DNA of 64,000 bases from a virus (lineage: Duplodnaviria > Heunggongvirae > Uroviricota > Caudoviricetes). The notes under the pieces are model-generated. The model worked only from the letters and a program-made list of their open reading frames with translations. It searched no databases and was not told the origin of the DNA. This document shows, in pieces, positions 54,624 through 63,987 of this stretch. Made by a program: the position numbers and the translations under genes. The stretch lies in IMG/VR virus record IMGVR_UViG_3300032323_004296. One strand, written 5' to 3'. Each line of letters begins with the position of its first letter. The stretch's first letter is position 1.

Positions 54624-55433
54624 TTATTTAAGTAGGTTATAATATTCTTTAAAGTGTTTTTTTCTGTCTTCTAATCCTATTGTTCCACCATTTACACATT
54701 TAGTAACAGATGTTACTGCGGCATCAGATTCGTCCACACACTTACTTAAACAATTTTTACTGAAAAACCAAGCGGCAGATAATAATGGATATTTCGTAGA
54801 AACCAAATCAGGATTTGAAACGACATCTTCATTAATCGCTTTACCAAAAGCCGTATAGTTGTCTTTACCGGTCAATTGAATAAATCCGCGGCCACGAAAT
54901 TTGAAACCTTCTTTGGTCTCTTCTACACCATTACCCATTCTTCCACCATAAACTCTTGATGCAATCTTTTCGGGTTGTCTTGCATAAGATTCTGAAAGAG
55001 TTCCGGGAAAATACTTAGGAAATATTTTTTTGAGACCGTCAGAAGAGTAATTTAGATTTTCATTCACAACTTTGAATCCTCCTGATTCATGTCCACATTG
55101 TGCTAAGAAGTGAGCTAACTTAAGTGGAGTATCAATTTTGAATTTGGCTGCAGTATCAGGTATCTGTGCAATCACAGAATCAGGAATATGACCCTTCAGT
55201 TTATCAAGTTTAAGACCACCAACTTGAGGGGCGACTTGAGGAGTGACTGACTCATTCATAATCTTACTCCAAGTGTTATCACCTACAATACCGTCAGGTG
55301 TTAACGAATTTTTAGTTTGAAAATTTTTAACGGATTCTTCAGTTTTTTTACCGAAGTCACCATCACCAGATAATCCAAGTTTTAATTGTAATTTTTTTAC
55401 ATCTTCTCCTTTGGACCCTAATTTTAATAGCAT
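54624..55433 (-). CDS. endolysin: N-terminal peptidoglycan-binding domain + glycoside hydrolase family 19 (chitinase/lysozyme-like) domain
   Basis: PG_binding_1 segment is LKLGSKGEDVKKLQLKLGLSGDGDFGKKTEESVKNFQ. GH19-like catalytic region is LAHFLAQCGHESGGFKVVNENLNYS...GRGFIQLTGKDNY. Confidence 0.8.
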   Translation of the reverse strand: MLLKLGSKGEDVKKLQLKLGLSGDGDFGKKTEESVKNFQTKNSLTPDGIVGDNTWSKIMNESVTPQVAPQVGGLKLDKLKGHIPDSVIAQIPDTAAKFKIDTPLKLAHFLAQCGHESGGFKVVNENLNYSSDGLKKIFPKYFPGTLSESYARQPEKIASRVYGGRMGNGVEETKEGFKFRGRGFIQLTGKDNYTAFGKAINEDVVSNPDLVSTKYPLLSAAWFFSKNCLSKCVDESDAAVTSVTKCVNGGTIGLEDRKKHFKEYYNLLK

Positions 55434-55492
55434 AAAAAAAATATTTATAAGGTTTATTACCCTATAAATATTTTTATTTTGATAACTTTACT

Positions 55493-55768
55493 TTAGTGAG
55501 ATAAACTATCTACGGAAACTGATAAAGTATCCACAACATTTACTAAAGTGTCTACAGGTAAAATAACACTGTCCTTCGCAGTTGATACAAAAATACCATC
55601 AACCTGATTAATAATCAAATGGAAATCAACCATATCTTCAGTAATATAACCGTACTTAACACCTAACAATGAAAGTCCGATTACAACTAAAGACACAACA
55701 ATCACCATAGGTCTTTTACCTTTGAGAATAGAAATGAGAGGTAAAAATTTTTCTTGAAGTTTTTTCAT
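55493..55768 (-). CDS. small single-TM protein (holin candidate)
   Basis: 91 aa with TM MVIVVSLVVIGLSLLGV. Sits immediately upstream of the endolysin. Confidence 0.4.
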   Translation of the reverse strand: MKKLQEKFLPLISILKGKRPMVIVVSLVVIGLSLLGVKYGYITEDMVDFHLIINQVDGIFVSTAKDSVILPVDTLVNVVDTLSVSVDSLSH

Positions 55769-55785
55769 AGTTTTTTAATTTAATT

Positions 55786-56901
55786 TTATTTTTTTTCTTT
55801 ACCACCTTCTTGTGTGGCATATTTTATACCCATAATTGTTCCTACTATTGAGAATGCGTTTGTCAATAATACACTAAACATGTTACTCCAAGTCGAGCCA
55901 ATAATCTGTGTATCCTTACCAGTAATGATTGCCATCCAATACAATATAGTTGTTACAACACCTACCCCGACAATAACAGCTAGTGCAACTTTTACGATTA
56001 CCTTAATTAACTCAGATTGACTTTTTTTCATTACCACATCCAAATCATTCAACGCAGCGTTCTTCTCTCTTTCAATTGAGTCTTTGAGTTTTTCCGATTC
56101 CTTTAACTGTAGTTGCAAATCTTTTGATAATAAATCAATTTCCTTTTTATTATTTACTGCTTCGGTAACATCAGTGGCAATTTTAATTACACTTGTAACG
56201 TTTCCTTTACTGTCAAAGACAGGATTATAAGTTGCCTGTAGATAGATAGTAGACCCATCTACTTTTTTTCTTTCGAATATCCCATCTAAAAACTTACCAT
56301 TATTTAAGTTCTTCCAAAACTTAGAATACTCATCAGATTTTGAATACTCATAACTAACAAAAATACTATGATGCTTTCCAACAACTTGATTTTTTTCGTT
56401 TGGTTTAAAACCCATTGTTTCTAAGAAAATTTCATTAGCATCCAAAATAAAACCCTTCATGTCAAAAGTAATAGTGGCGGTACTTTTGTTAATTGCATCT
56501 ATTTGTTTTTTACTATCAACAATTGCAGTAATGTCAGTAGCAACTTTCATTATTTTAGTAATCGTACCAGTTTCATCAAAAATAGGGTTGTAGGTTGCTT
56601 GTAAGTTGATAAGATTACCGTCTCTTTTTCTTCTTTCAAATTCCCCTTTATAGTACTTACCACTTCTTAAGATATCCCAAAACTTTTCGTACTCTAACGA
56701 CCTTGCATAATCTTCACATACAAAAATACTATGGTGTTTACCAACAATTTCCGCGTGCTCATCCTCCCCATATCCCATTGCCTTCAAAAAAATAGCATTA
56801 ACACCTAAAATTTTTCCGGTTAGGTCAAAATAAATAAGAGCGTTACTCCTATTTATCGCCTCCATCCTGCTGAGTAACTCTTCCTTTGATAGGTTCTTCA
56901 C
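55786..56901 (-). CDS. tandem PAS-domain protein with C-terminal coiled-coil and TM anchor
   Basis: Two repeats of about 120 aa matching the PAS_3 pattern (GKHHSIFV..Y.....KFW..L..GK...G.FERKK.DG..I.LQATYNP.FD..G....I.K.ATD.T). C-terminal TM IVKVALAVIVGVGVV... Confidence 0.7.
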   Translation of the reverse strand: MKNLSKEELLSRMEAINRSNALIYFDLTGKILGVNAIFLKAMGYGEDEHAEIVGKHHSIFVCEDYARSLEYEKFWDILRSGKYYKGEFERRKRDGNLINLQATYNPIFDETGTITKIMKVATDITAIVDSKKQIDAINKSTATITFDMKGFILDANEIFLETMGFKPNEKNQVVGKHHSIFVSYEYSKSDEYSKFWKNLNNGKFLDGIFERKKVDGSTIYLQATYNPVFDSKGNVTSVIKIATDVTEAVNNKKEIDLLSKDLQLQLKESEKLKDSIEREKNAALNDLDVVMKKSQSELIKVIVKVALAVIVGVGVVTTILYWMAIITGKDTQIIGSTWSNMFSVLLTNAFSIVGTIMGIKYATQEGGKEKK

Positions 56902-57335
56902 GGTTTTGTATATTTTTTATTAATACCGAAAAAGCAACCCAAAAGTTTAGAAAAAACTTTTAGATAGTATCTTGGTTACTATAAATATATAAATTGTTAG
57001 TATCTTTATTAAGAAAATATAAAATTTACTTAAATCGATTATGTAGAATCAACTAAGATTTATTAAACGTAAATTATGTTATGAAATTAATCTTCTTTTA
57101 TTTCTGTAACGATTATATTATTAATTTGGCTTGAGAACCAAGTGTCCAAAATAATCAAAATTAAATGTGTTTGTATTTCTTCTATGGGATGAGGGACTGT
57201 GGCAATCAAATTTATTACCAACCAAGAAATGACCTTTATTCCTAAATAAATTCTTACTAATGTTATTAAAACAGCAAAGATTGTCTGTAATCTCATAATA
57301 CAAAAACTAAAACTATTTATTAGAAAAATCAAGTT

Positions 57336-57962
57336 ATGGGTAACCTCAGAGAATTAATAGAAGAGGCTTTAGACAGTTATAAAGAGCCTAGTTTAATACT
57401 TAATCAAGACGTTAAAGTTTCAGATGAATTAAAATATCATATTGAAAACGATATTACATTAACAAATAATGTTTTTAGATATTATAGTCAAAAATATTTT
57501 GATTTGATTAACGAAGTTAGGTCACTCTATGAAAACGGTATGATTCAATTAAATGAAGAAGACCTGTTGATGGTAGAATCAGATACTGGAAAAACTGTTG
57601 AGGTTGATGGTGAAATAATTTATTTAGATACCCCGTATTTACTCGAAGATAATGACGAACATCAAGATTTGATGGAAGCAAAACACAGAGGAAAAAATGT
57701 TAAATTGGGGAAACCATTTAGAACTTCAGGAGGACCTAAAAAATTCGCTGTGTATGTAAAAAGTAAATCGGGTGGCGTCAAAAAAGTAAGTTTTGGAGAC
57801 CCTGGTTTGAAGGTTAAAAATAGTAATAAAAAGGCTGCAAAGTCTTTCAGAGCAAGACATAGATGTGACCAAAAGAAAGATAGAACCACTGCAGGATATT
57901 GGAGTTGTAATGTTGGTAGATATGCCAAGCAATTAGGTTTGTCCTCATCAAATAGATGGTAA
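57336..57962 (+). CDS. hypothetical basic protein
   Basis: 208 aa with a Lys-rich C-terminal half. Confidence 0.5.
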   Translation: MGNLRELIEEALDSYKEPSLILNQDVKVSDELKYHIENDITLTNNVFRYYSQKYFDLINEVRSLYENGMIQLNEEDLLMVESDTGKTVEVDGEIIYLDTPYLLEDNDEHQDLMEAKHRGKNVKLGKPFRTSGGPKKFAVYVKSKSGGVKKVSFGDPGLKVKNSNKKAAKSFRARHRCDQKKDRTTAGYWSCNVGRYAKQLGLSSSNRW

Positions 57963-57965
57963 TTT

Positions 57966-58238
57966 ATGCAAGAGCTCCCTTTTGAACAAGAAATTGAAGA
58001 TAACAAGTTAATCAGGACATTTCTACCATCCGTTGATTCTGAAGAATTAAAATGGCATCAAGATGATAAAGATAGAATTGTGACAGTAATAGAAGACGGA
58101 GGTTGGATGTTTCAAAAAGAGGATATGTTGCCAAACAAATTGTCAAAAAATCAAAAACTACAGATACCAAAATTTGTTTGGCATAGAGTTATAAAAGGAA
58201 ACGATAAACTTGTGGTAGAAATTGAAGAATTAGAATAA
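57966..58238 (+). CDS. hypothetical protein
   Basis: 90 aa. Confidence 0.45.
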   Translation: MQELPFEQEIEDNKLIRTFLPSVDSEELKWHQDDKDRIVTVIEDGGWMFQKEDMLPNKLSKNQKLQIPKFVWHRVIKGNDKLVVEIEELE

Positions 58239-58997
58239 ATCTTCAATTTTGAATTTATCAATGAACGTAGGAAAAGCTTCCTTGTATGACTTTTGAGTTT
58301 CGTCAGACATTTTGTTTGTGTATTGCCAATTCCAATAGAAATCATCATTAGTTTTGAAACCGTAGAACGTGTGAACTTTTTTTTGTGTGTCAACAACATC
58401 CATACCTTTCCAGTTTTGACCAACACAGATAAAACCAGATTGTATATTTTCAACTAAATTCGACTCACCTAATGTTGAGTGTCTATTTTGAATCCATGTA
58501 AGCCTTTCGATAAGTTTTTGATAAAACATGTTAGCTTGTCCCCATCTTACAGAACTAAAAAATATAACGGCATTAGAATCAAAAAGTTCTTTTGTAATTT
58601 TCCAAAGCTCATCATCTTTTTCATTAAAAGATGCCCAACATCTGTGATACCCTGATGGATTTTTTGTATCACTTTTAAGTAACGATTTTTTTACACCACA
58701 ACTATTACCCTCAGCTCTCGATACATTTCCTTCACAGGGGTAAATCTTGAGTTCAGGCACATCAATCAAAACTGCTTTGTCACCCAAGTATTCTTGAATA
58801 ACCATTGCAAGGATAGTCGATTTTGGAATATCAATTTTATTAGGGTCCCAATTATACCTATTGGAGCAAGCCAATAATAATACTTTATCCAACTTATCTA
58901 ATTCAAGAATAGTGTTCTTGAATTTTTTATAGTTACCTGTTGAATTGTTTTTTTCTGTGACGTTATACTTGTCGAAAAGTTCGTCTAATCTTTGCAT
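58230..58997 (-). CDS. conserved hypothetical (flavodoxin-like fold?) protein, paralog of 22149..22862
   Basis: Shares the identity blocks listed for 22149..22862. Confidence 0.6.
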   Translation of the reverse strand: MQRLDELFDKYNVTEKNNSTGNYKKFKNTILELDKLDKVLLLACSNRYNWDPNKIDIPKSTILAMVIQEYLGDKAVLIDVPELKIYPCEGNVSRAEGNSCGVKKSLLKSDTKNPSGYHRCWASFNEKDDELWKITKELFDSNAVIFFSSVRWGQANMFYQKLIERLTWIQNRHSTLGESNLVENIQSGFICVGQNWKGMDVVDTQKKVHTFYGFKTNDDFYWNWQYTNKMSDETQKSYKEAFPTFIDKFKIEDLF

Positions 58998-59056
58998 ACC
59001 AATATAAATATGTTAAGATATAATTATAAACCCCACTTTCAGGTGGGGTTATTTAT

Positions 59057-60058
59057 TTATGCTCTCATTGTTGGTGGTGCTTCTGGAATTTCCATAAGAC
59101 TTCTTGCATGATATTCAGCTAACTCCTGAGCTTCTTGGGATATATTAGCAAATCTATCGTTCAAAGTAACAATATCAAGTGTGGGTTCATTCAATCTAAC
59201 AGATATACTATTTTTATCATCATCCATCAGTCTAAATAGTGAATTACATTCTTCAGCCACTTTGAATAATTTATCAGAAGTGAGGAACGATGAGTTAGTT
59301 TTATTTTGTGATATTATTCTTTTTATGACAGGTAGTAAATATTCGTCGATATCGACTTCAAAGAAGTCACACCTGTTATCTTGTTGGTTCCAAAATGAGA
59401 TATCTATTAATTTTTCATTAGAACATTCTCCATACAAAGCTACCTTATATCCCGATTCTTTGTTTATGAAATAAACTAAAGTTCCTTTGTAGAAATATTT
59501 GAAAAAATAATCCTTTTCTCTTTTGAATGTCGTACACCACTTTGTTGCTGCTCCGTATCTTGATGAAGATTGAAAACTTAGTGGTCTAACGAGTAACCAT
59601 TTATCATCTTCAAATTCTTTGATGACCTCGTTTTCTAATTCCTTTTCGATTTGTTTGATTTCACAGAGAGAAACTGCACCCATTAAATCATCAATCGTAG
59701 AATACTTTGTTAAGTCAGAGTTTTGAATTAGTCCACGTTCATTGAATTCTTTAAACTGAGTAAATGTGTTTAAATCACTTGGATTATAAAAATTCTCTAT
59801 TATCCTGAACTTAATATATTTTAAATTTATTGGCTCTTTGATATCAATATTGAAAAAAGATAGTTTGTCATCAATCTCGCTTATGAAACTATTTCTATCT
59901 AAAGTATTTTTTATTTCGAAATTATGAGAGTTTGATAAAACCTTACATAAGAGTTGGAGGTACTTGTGACTTTTAGTACCATCGAGTTCTGAAAGAACGT
60001 CGAGTAATGAAATATCGAGGTGAGGAAATTGTTTTTTTAATGTTTCTATCCTAGACAT
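59057..60058 (-). CDS. hypothetical protein
   Basis: 333 aa. A terminator-like hairpin at 59031-59053 separates it from the downstream gene. Confidence 0.55.
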   Translation of the reverse strand: MSRIETLKKQFPHLDISLLDVLSELDGTKSHKYLQLLCKVLSNSHNFEIKNTLDRNSFISEIDDKLSFFNIDIKEPINLKYIKFRIIENFYNPSDLNTFTQFKEFNERGLIQNSDLTKYSTIDDLMGAVSLCEIKQIEKELENEVIKEFEDDKWLLVRPLSFQSSSRYGAATKWCTTFKREKDYFFKYFYKGTLVYFINKESGYKVALYGECSNEKLIDISFWNQQDNRCDFFEVDIDEYLLPVIKRIISQNKTNSSFLTSDKLFKVAEECNSLFRLMDDDKNSISVRLNEPTLDIVTLNDRFANISQEAQELAEYHARSLMEIPEAPPTMRA

Positions 60059-60104
60059 ATATTTTTTTTAGAATTCTAAACAAAATTTATTTTCTTGTCA
60101 AAAG

Positions 60105-60261
60105 CTGTAAGGGGAGGATTCGAACCTCCACACTGAGATTCAGTAATGAACAAATATGCTGCAGCTTGTGGTCAACCCATATTCATCACCTATTTCTTTG
60201 TCAGTGCCCCCGTGACTGGAGGGTGTGTCTGCCTTGGAGCTACCCATTTCACCACCTTACA
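60105..60261 (-). ncRNA. 157-nt tRNA-like RNA (7-bp acceptor stem + canonical T-arm, non-canonical interior)
   Basis: Minus-strand 5' TGTAAGG pairs with 3' CCTTACA. T-arm GGAGG-TTCGAAT-CCTCC. No standard anticodon arm abuts the T-arm and the interior is about 80 nt too long. Confidence 0.35.
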
Positions 60262-60350
60262 ATAAAAGAGAAGCAGGATTTACATTTTAGACAGAGGTCA
60301 TTATGTGTAAAAAAACCTACTACCGAATGACTTGCGGTTACTTCTCAGAG

Positions 60351-60438
60351 CGGAGAGAGTAGGATTCGAACCCACGGACCCCTTGCGAGGTCTTCAGATT
60401 TCAAGTCTGACGCGATAGACCAACTCTGCCATCTCTCC
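60351..60438 (-). tRNA. tRNA-Ser (anticodon TGA), type II with long variable arm
   Basis: Perfect 7-bp acceptor GGAGAGA/TCTCTCC, discriminator G. Anticodon arm CAGAC-TTGAAAT-CTGAA region with anticodon TGA. Variable arm ACCTCGCAAGGGGTCC. T-arm GTGGG-TTCGAAT-CCTAC. Confidence 0.8.
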
Positions 60439-60444
60439 GTACAA

Positions 60445-60669
60445 TTATAAAGAACTATTTCTTCTTCTTGCTTCTTCACTTTCTTTGTAGATTCTAATCC
60501 ACGTCAAACTAACATCGACGACCATCATTACGGGGGCCATCACAATAATTGCCAAAGTTTCTAAACCTGGTGATGAACCTATAACGTTATTACCGTGACT
60601 TTTCATGTAACTCCTTGTCATTCTGTATACACAATATACAAGTGACACTAAATAAAATACTAAAAACAT
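60445..60669 (-). CDS. small membrane protein (2 TM)
   Basis: 74 aa. Confidence 0.4.
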   Translation of the reverse strand: MFLVFYLVSLVYCVYRMTRSYMKSHGNNVIGSSPGLETLAIIVMAPVMMVVDVSLTWIRIYKESEEARRRNSSL

Positions 60670-60707
60670 AATTTGTTATTTAGATACAAAGTTAGTAATT
60701 TTGTTTA

Positions 60708-61148
60708 ATGAAAACAACTATTTTAATTTTATTTACGTTTTTTTGTTTGTCCTCTTATTCACAGACAAGTGATATTCTTTGGGTGCCTGACCAAAAATCG
60801 TTAGTAGCGTCTATGAGACCTTATCACTCACCCCTTGGTCTATATGTTGGAGGGTATTATACCAAAAAATTCCCATCCCCTTACATCTACACAACACCTA
60901 TATCTATCATCAATAGAGCGGGTATAAACTTTGTAGGACCAAAGCAACAATGGGGTATCATGGGTGGCGTATATTTCGAAAACACTGAAGATTATAAGAA
61001 TTTGAAACCAGACCTTTGGATTAAATTTTACCCGTTGAAAATGATTACCGGTGCTACAACAGGTTTTGACTTTTCTATTGGTTTGAATTACATGGATGGG
61101 GTTAGGTACGGTATTGGTATTTCTATCCCTACAATCGGTGGGTATTGA
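60708..61148 (+). CDS. secreted protein (possible small outer-membrane beta-barrel)
   Basis: Signal peptide MKTTILILFTFFCLSSYSQ. Gly/aromatic-rich with a C-terminal aromatic residue. Confidence 0.5.
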   Translation: MKTTILILFTFFCLSSYSQTSDILWVPDQKSLVASMRPYHSPLGLYVGGYYTKKFPSPYIYTTPISIINRAGINFVGPKQQWGIMGGVYFENTEDYKNLKPDLWIKFYPLKMITGATTGFDFSIGLNYMDGVRYGIGISIPTIGGY

Positions 61149-61190
61149 TTATTACAATCCCATAGTATTTATAGTTAGAAACAACTACAA

Positions 61191-61853
61191 ATGGAAAAAA
61201 AAGTCATCATTGAATCAAAACATGACACTTTAATTAATTTTATTGTTAAAGATATATTAAAGCAATTGAAAAGATTTTCAGTATCTGATTCTGATGAAGA
61301 TGAATTGGACTTACCTGAAGAAGATGATTACTACCACACTCCGTTTATTTATGGTGAAAGTTTCCCCTTCTACATAGAACTTTTTTTATTCAAGACAGAC
61401 CAAAAAAATTACAAAATCGATGCTGATGCGCCAATTGATATGGATGAGAATAATATTGCGATAGCGATTTATTTCAATCCAAAAAATCTGAAAAATCAAA
61501 TCGAAGAGATTAAGAATAATCTTATCTACACGTTGAGACACGAATACGAACATCTTCTACAAACAATACAGGACTACGAAAATGTTACATACCCAAAAAC
61601 ACATAAGTATAGAAACGACAGCTTGAAAAATTTACTTAAGAGACAAGAAATAGAACCTCAATTAAGAGGGTATTTTTTACAATCAAAAAAGGAAAGAAAA
61701 CCTTTTGATACGGTGATTAAAAATCACTTGGATAAATTGGAAAAAAACGGACAAATTAATTTTTTAGGACCTGAAAGAAAACAAATCGTTGTCGACGTGT
61801 TAGTAAATTATGCCAAAGAAATAAAACTTCCAATAAAGTTATCAAATGGTTAA
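61191..61853 (+). CDS. HExxH metallopeptidase-like protein (HEYEH)
   Basis: Motif YTLRHEYEHLLQ. Confidence 0.5.
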   Translation: MEKKVIIESKHDTLINFIVKDILKQLKRFSVSDSDEDELDLPEEDDYYHTPFIYGESFPFYIELFLFKTDQKNYKIDADAPIDMDENNIAIAIYFNPKNLKNQIEEIKNNLIYTLRHEYEHLLQTIQDYENVTYPKTHKYRNDSLKNLLKRQEIEPQLRGYFLQSKKERKPFDTVIKNHLDKLEKNGQINFLGPERKQIVVDVLVNYAKEIKLPIKLSNG

Positions 61854-62232
61854 CGGACAAGTCTTAGAAGTATCAATAGAAAAACTTAAGTATATTTTCA
61901 ACTTGAATGCAAAAGGGTTCGAAATTACTAATATTGAAATAGACCCTAGTATCTCTAATAGTACTGGAAAACTGCACATGTACAACGTGCATTTTAATTT
62001 GAAATTAAATTCGGATAATGGACTTTCTTCATTACAACATAACTTGAATAAAGTTTCAAATATATTAGAGGATTTATTAAACGAGTATTCTCTTTCTGAA
62101 AAAGGAAAATTGGTTTTCACTCCTTTTAAAGATATTATGGTAAATGAACCATATATTCTCAGTGTAAATTCAGAACCTTGGTCAAACCAAACGGAAATTG
62201 TTCTATTTTTTACAGTCGATGTTTATGGATAA
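61846..62232 (+). CDS. hypothetical protein
   Basis: 128 aa. Confidence 0.45.
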   Translation: MVNGQVLEVSIEKLKYIFNLNAKGFEITNIEIDPSISNSTGKLHMYNVHFNLKLNSDNGLSSLQHNLNKVSNILEDLLNEYSLSEKGKLVFTPFKDIMVNEPYILSVNSEPWSNQTEIVLFFTVDVYG

Positions 62233-62234
62233 CA

Positions 62235-62864
62235 TCATTTCTTGAACCTTTTTAAAATTTTACTTATAACATCAATTAGGATTTGACCTGCAACAAGAAC
62301 AACTCCTGAAGTTAGTAATCTTTCAACAATAATTTTGGAGGCATTAGCGATACTTGTTGCTCCATGAGCGACTAGTTGTAAGTCGTTGATAATTGGTATT
62401 AGAAATGAATAATGAATCATTTCAACAGTTGTGCCCAACGTAAGATTCAAACTTTCCATAAAACTAACAAACGAATCTTTGAGTTGTTTACTCTTCAATA
62501 ACATTTCTTCAAAAAAACTAACTAACCCTTCTTTTTCAATTTGTTCGTAAAGTTTTTTTGTTTCTTTTTTATTTTGATAAAAATAAGTACAGGCAATACC
62601 CAATGTGATTAGGATTATTGAATCTTCAGAAAATTCTAAATAATTGTCTCGGATATATTTGTCTAAAGGGCCAACAAAACCACCAATAACAGGACCCCAA
62701 GTAACCAAAAATTTGAAGTTGAGACCAAATATCCTTTTAGCTTTATTAATTAAGTTTACAGTAAATGAATTCAGTTGTTTCATGTTACGGGTAAACTTTT
62801 CAGTGTTCTCTGACTCTACTAAAAAATTGAGTTGCGATTCATTAATAAGAAAATCCATACACAT
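62235..62864 (-). CDS. membrane protein
   Basis: 209 aa with several hydrophobic helices. Confidence 0.5.
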   Translation of the reverse strand: MCMDFLINESQLNFLVESENTEKFTRNMKQLNSFTVNLINKAKRIFGLNFKFLVTWGPVIGGFVGPLDKYIRDNYLEFSEDSIILITLGIACTYFYQNKKETKKLYEQIEKEGLVSFFEEMLLKSKQLKDSFVSFMESLNLTLGTTVEMIHYSFLIPIINDLQLVAHGATSIANASKIIVERLLTSGVVLVAGQILIDVISKILKRFKK

Positions 62865-62893
62865 AAATACTTAGTGATTATATATTTATTTCT

Positions 62894-63511
62894 ATGATGA
62901 ATCCCAAATTAGAACCTGGCGATAAAATAATTTTATATCATATGGATGGTGAGGTCAACCTCCCACCAGGAACTGTCGGTATAGTAGACAGGATAATTGA
63001 AGACCCCTTTGATAGAAATGAACAAATCATTTATGTGAATTGGGAAACTGGTAGTAATCTATCTCTATTATCTGGTCAAGATTCTTGGAAAAAAATTAAA
63101 AAAGACGTTATCGACGAATCTACAGAACATTTTATTGACCCAAAAATTGACCCTCATGGCAGTTGGATAGAAAAGAATATCAATGTTAGAAGAGCATTCA
63201 ATATAGAATACCTAATGGAATATATGTTGTTATTGAAAGAATCAGGAATTGTCAATATGTGGGGGTCAGCACCCTTTCTTTATTCTGGTCCTGACCATAT
63301 AGAAAGGTATTATGGTGAAGGTAGAGAAGATGATGAAACTTTCCAAAAACTTTTGGAAGAATCTGACAAAGCAAAAAATGTTTTTATTGCTGGTTTACTC
63401 AAATGGATGGATTTAGAGAATTTAGAAGTAGATGACATGAGTAAAGTCAACAGATATGCAGATAGGATATCTAAAAGTCTAGTTCAGTATTACATACTTT
63501 TTCATCCTTAA
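62894..63511 (+). CDS. hypothetical protein
   Basis: 205 aa. Confidence 0.5.
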   Translation: MMNPKLEPGDKIILYHMDGEVNLPPGTVGIVDRIIEDPFDRNEQIIYVNWETGSNLSLLSGQDSWKKIKKDVIDESTEHFIDPKIDPHGSWIEKNINVRRAFNIEYLMEYMLLLKESGIVNMWGSAPFLYSGPDHIERYYGEGREDDETFQKLLEESDKAKNVFIAGLLKWMDLENLEVDDMSKVNRYADRISKSLVQYYILFHP

Positions 63512-63987
63512 TTAGACAATGGCGCTTTGATTTTTGGATGTGATTGATAATCTATCAACTCAAAACAATCAGGTCTATAGCTTAGTATTTTTTCACTGAA
63601 TGTTTTTTCCCCCAAGTGTTTCTTGACTGATTCGTGCATGTACCAGTTTCTTTCAGTAATTTGAACTTTAGGTAATTCGTATGGGGTTCTGAGAATTTGT
63701 TCTTTTGCTTGTTCGACATGATTCGAATATAAATGAACATCCCCCAAGTTTCCAATCAATTCATCAGGAACCATTTCCACCTCCTTTGCAATGATTTCTA
63801 ACAACAAACCATATGATGCTATGTTGAATGGCAAACCAAGAAATGTATCTACTGAACGTTGATTCCACATTAGAGATATTGCTCTTCTTGGAATGTTTCG
63901 TTGTTCTAAACGATTTATAGCTACATTATGTAAACCATCTGGCGGCCAGTCATATTTGGCAATGCTATACCTTTCTTTTAAACTCAA
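63508..63987 (-). CDS. thymidylate synthase (ThyA)-like protein, C-terminal part (N-terminus beyond window)
   Basis: QRSVDTFLGLPFNIASYGLL...GDVHLYSNH...HPKIKAPLSN matches the ThyA C-terminal half. Where the PPCH catalytic motif is expected, the sequence reads PPDGLH. Confidence 0.7.
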   Translation of the reverse strand: MSLKERYSIAKYDWPPDGLHNVAINRLEQRNIPRRAISLMWNQRSVDTFLGLPFNIASYGLLLEIIAKEVEMVPDELIGNLGDVHLYSNHVEQAKEQILRTPYELPKVQITERNWYMHESVKKHLGEKTFSEKILSYRPDCFELIDYQSHPKIKAPLSN

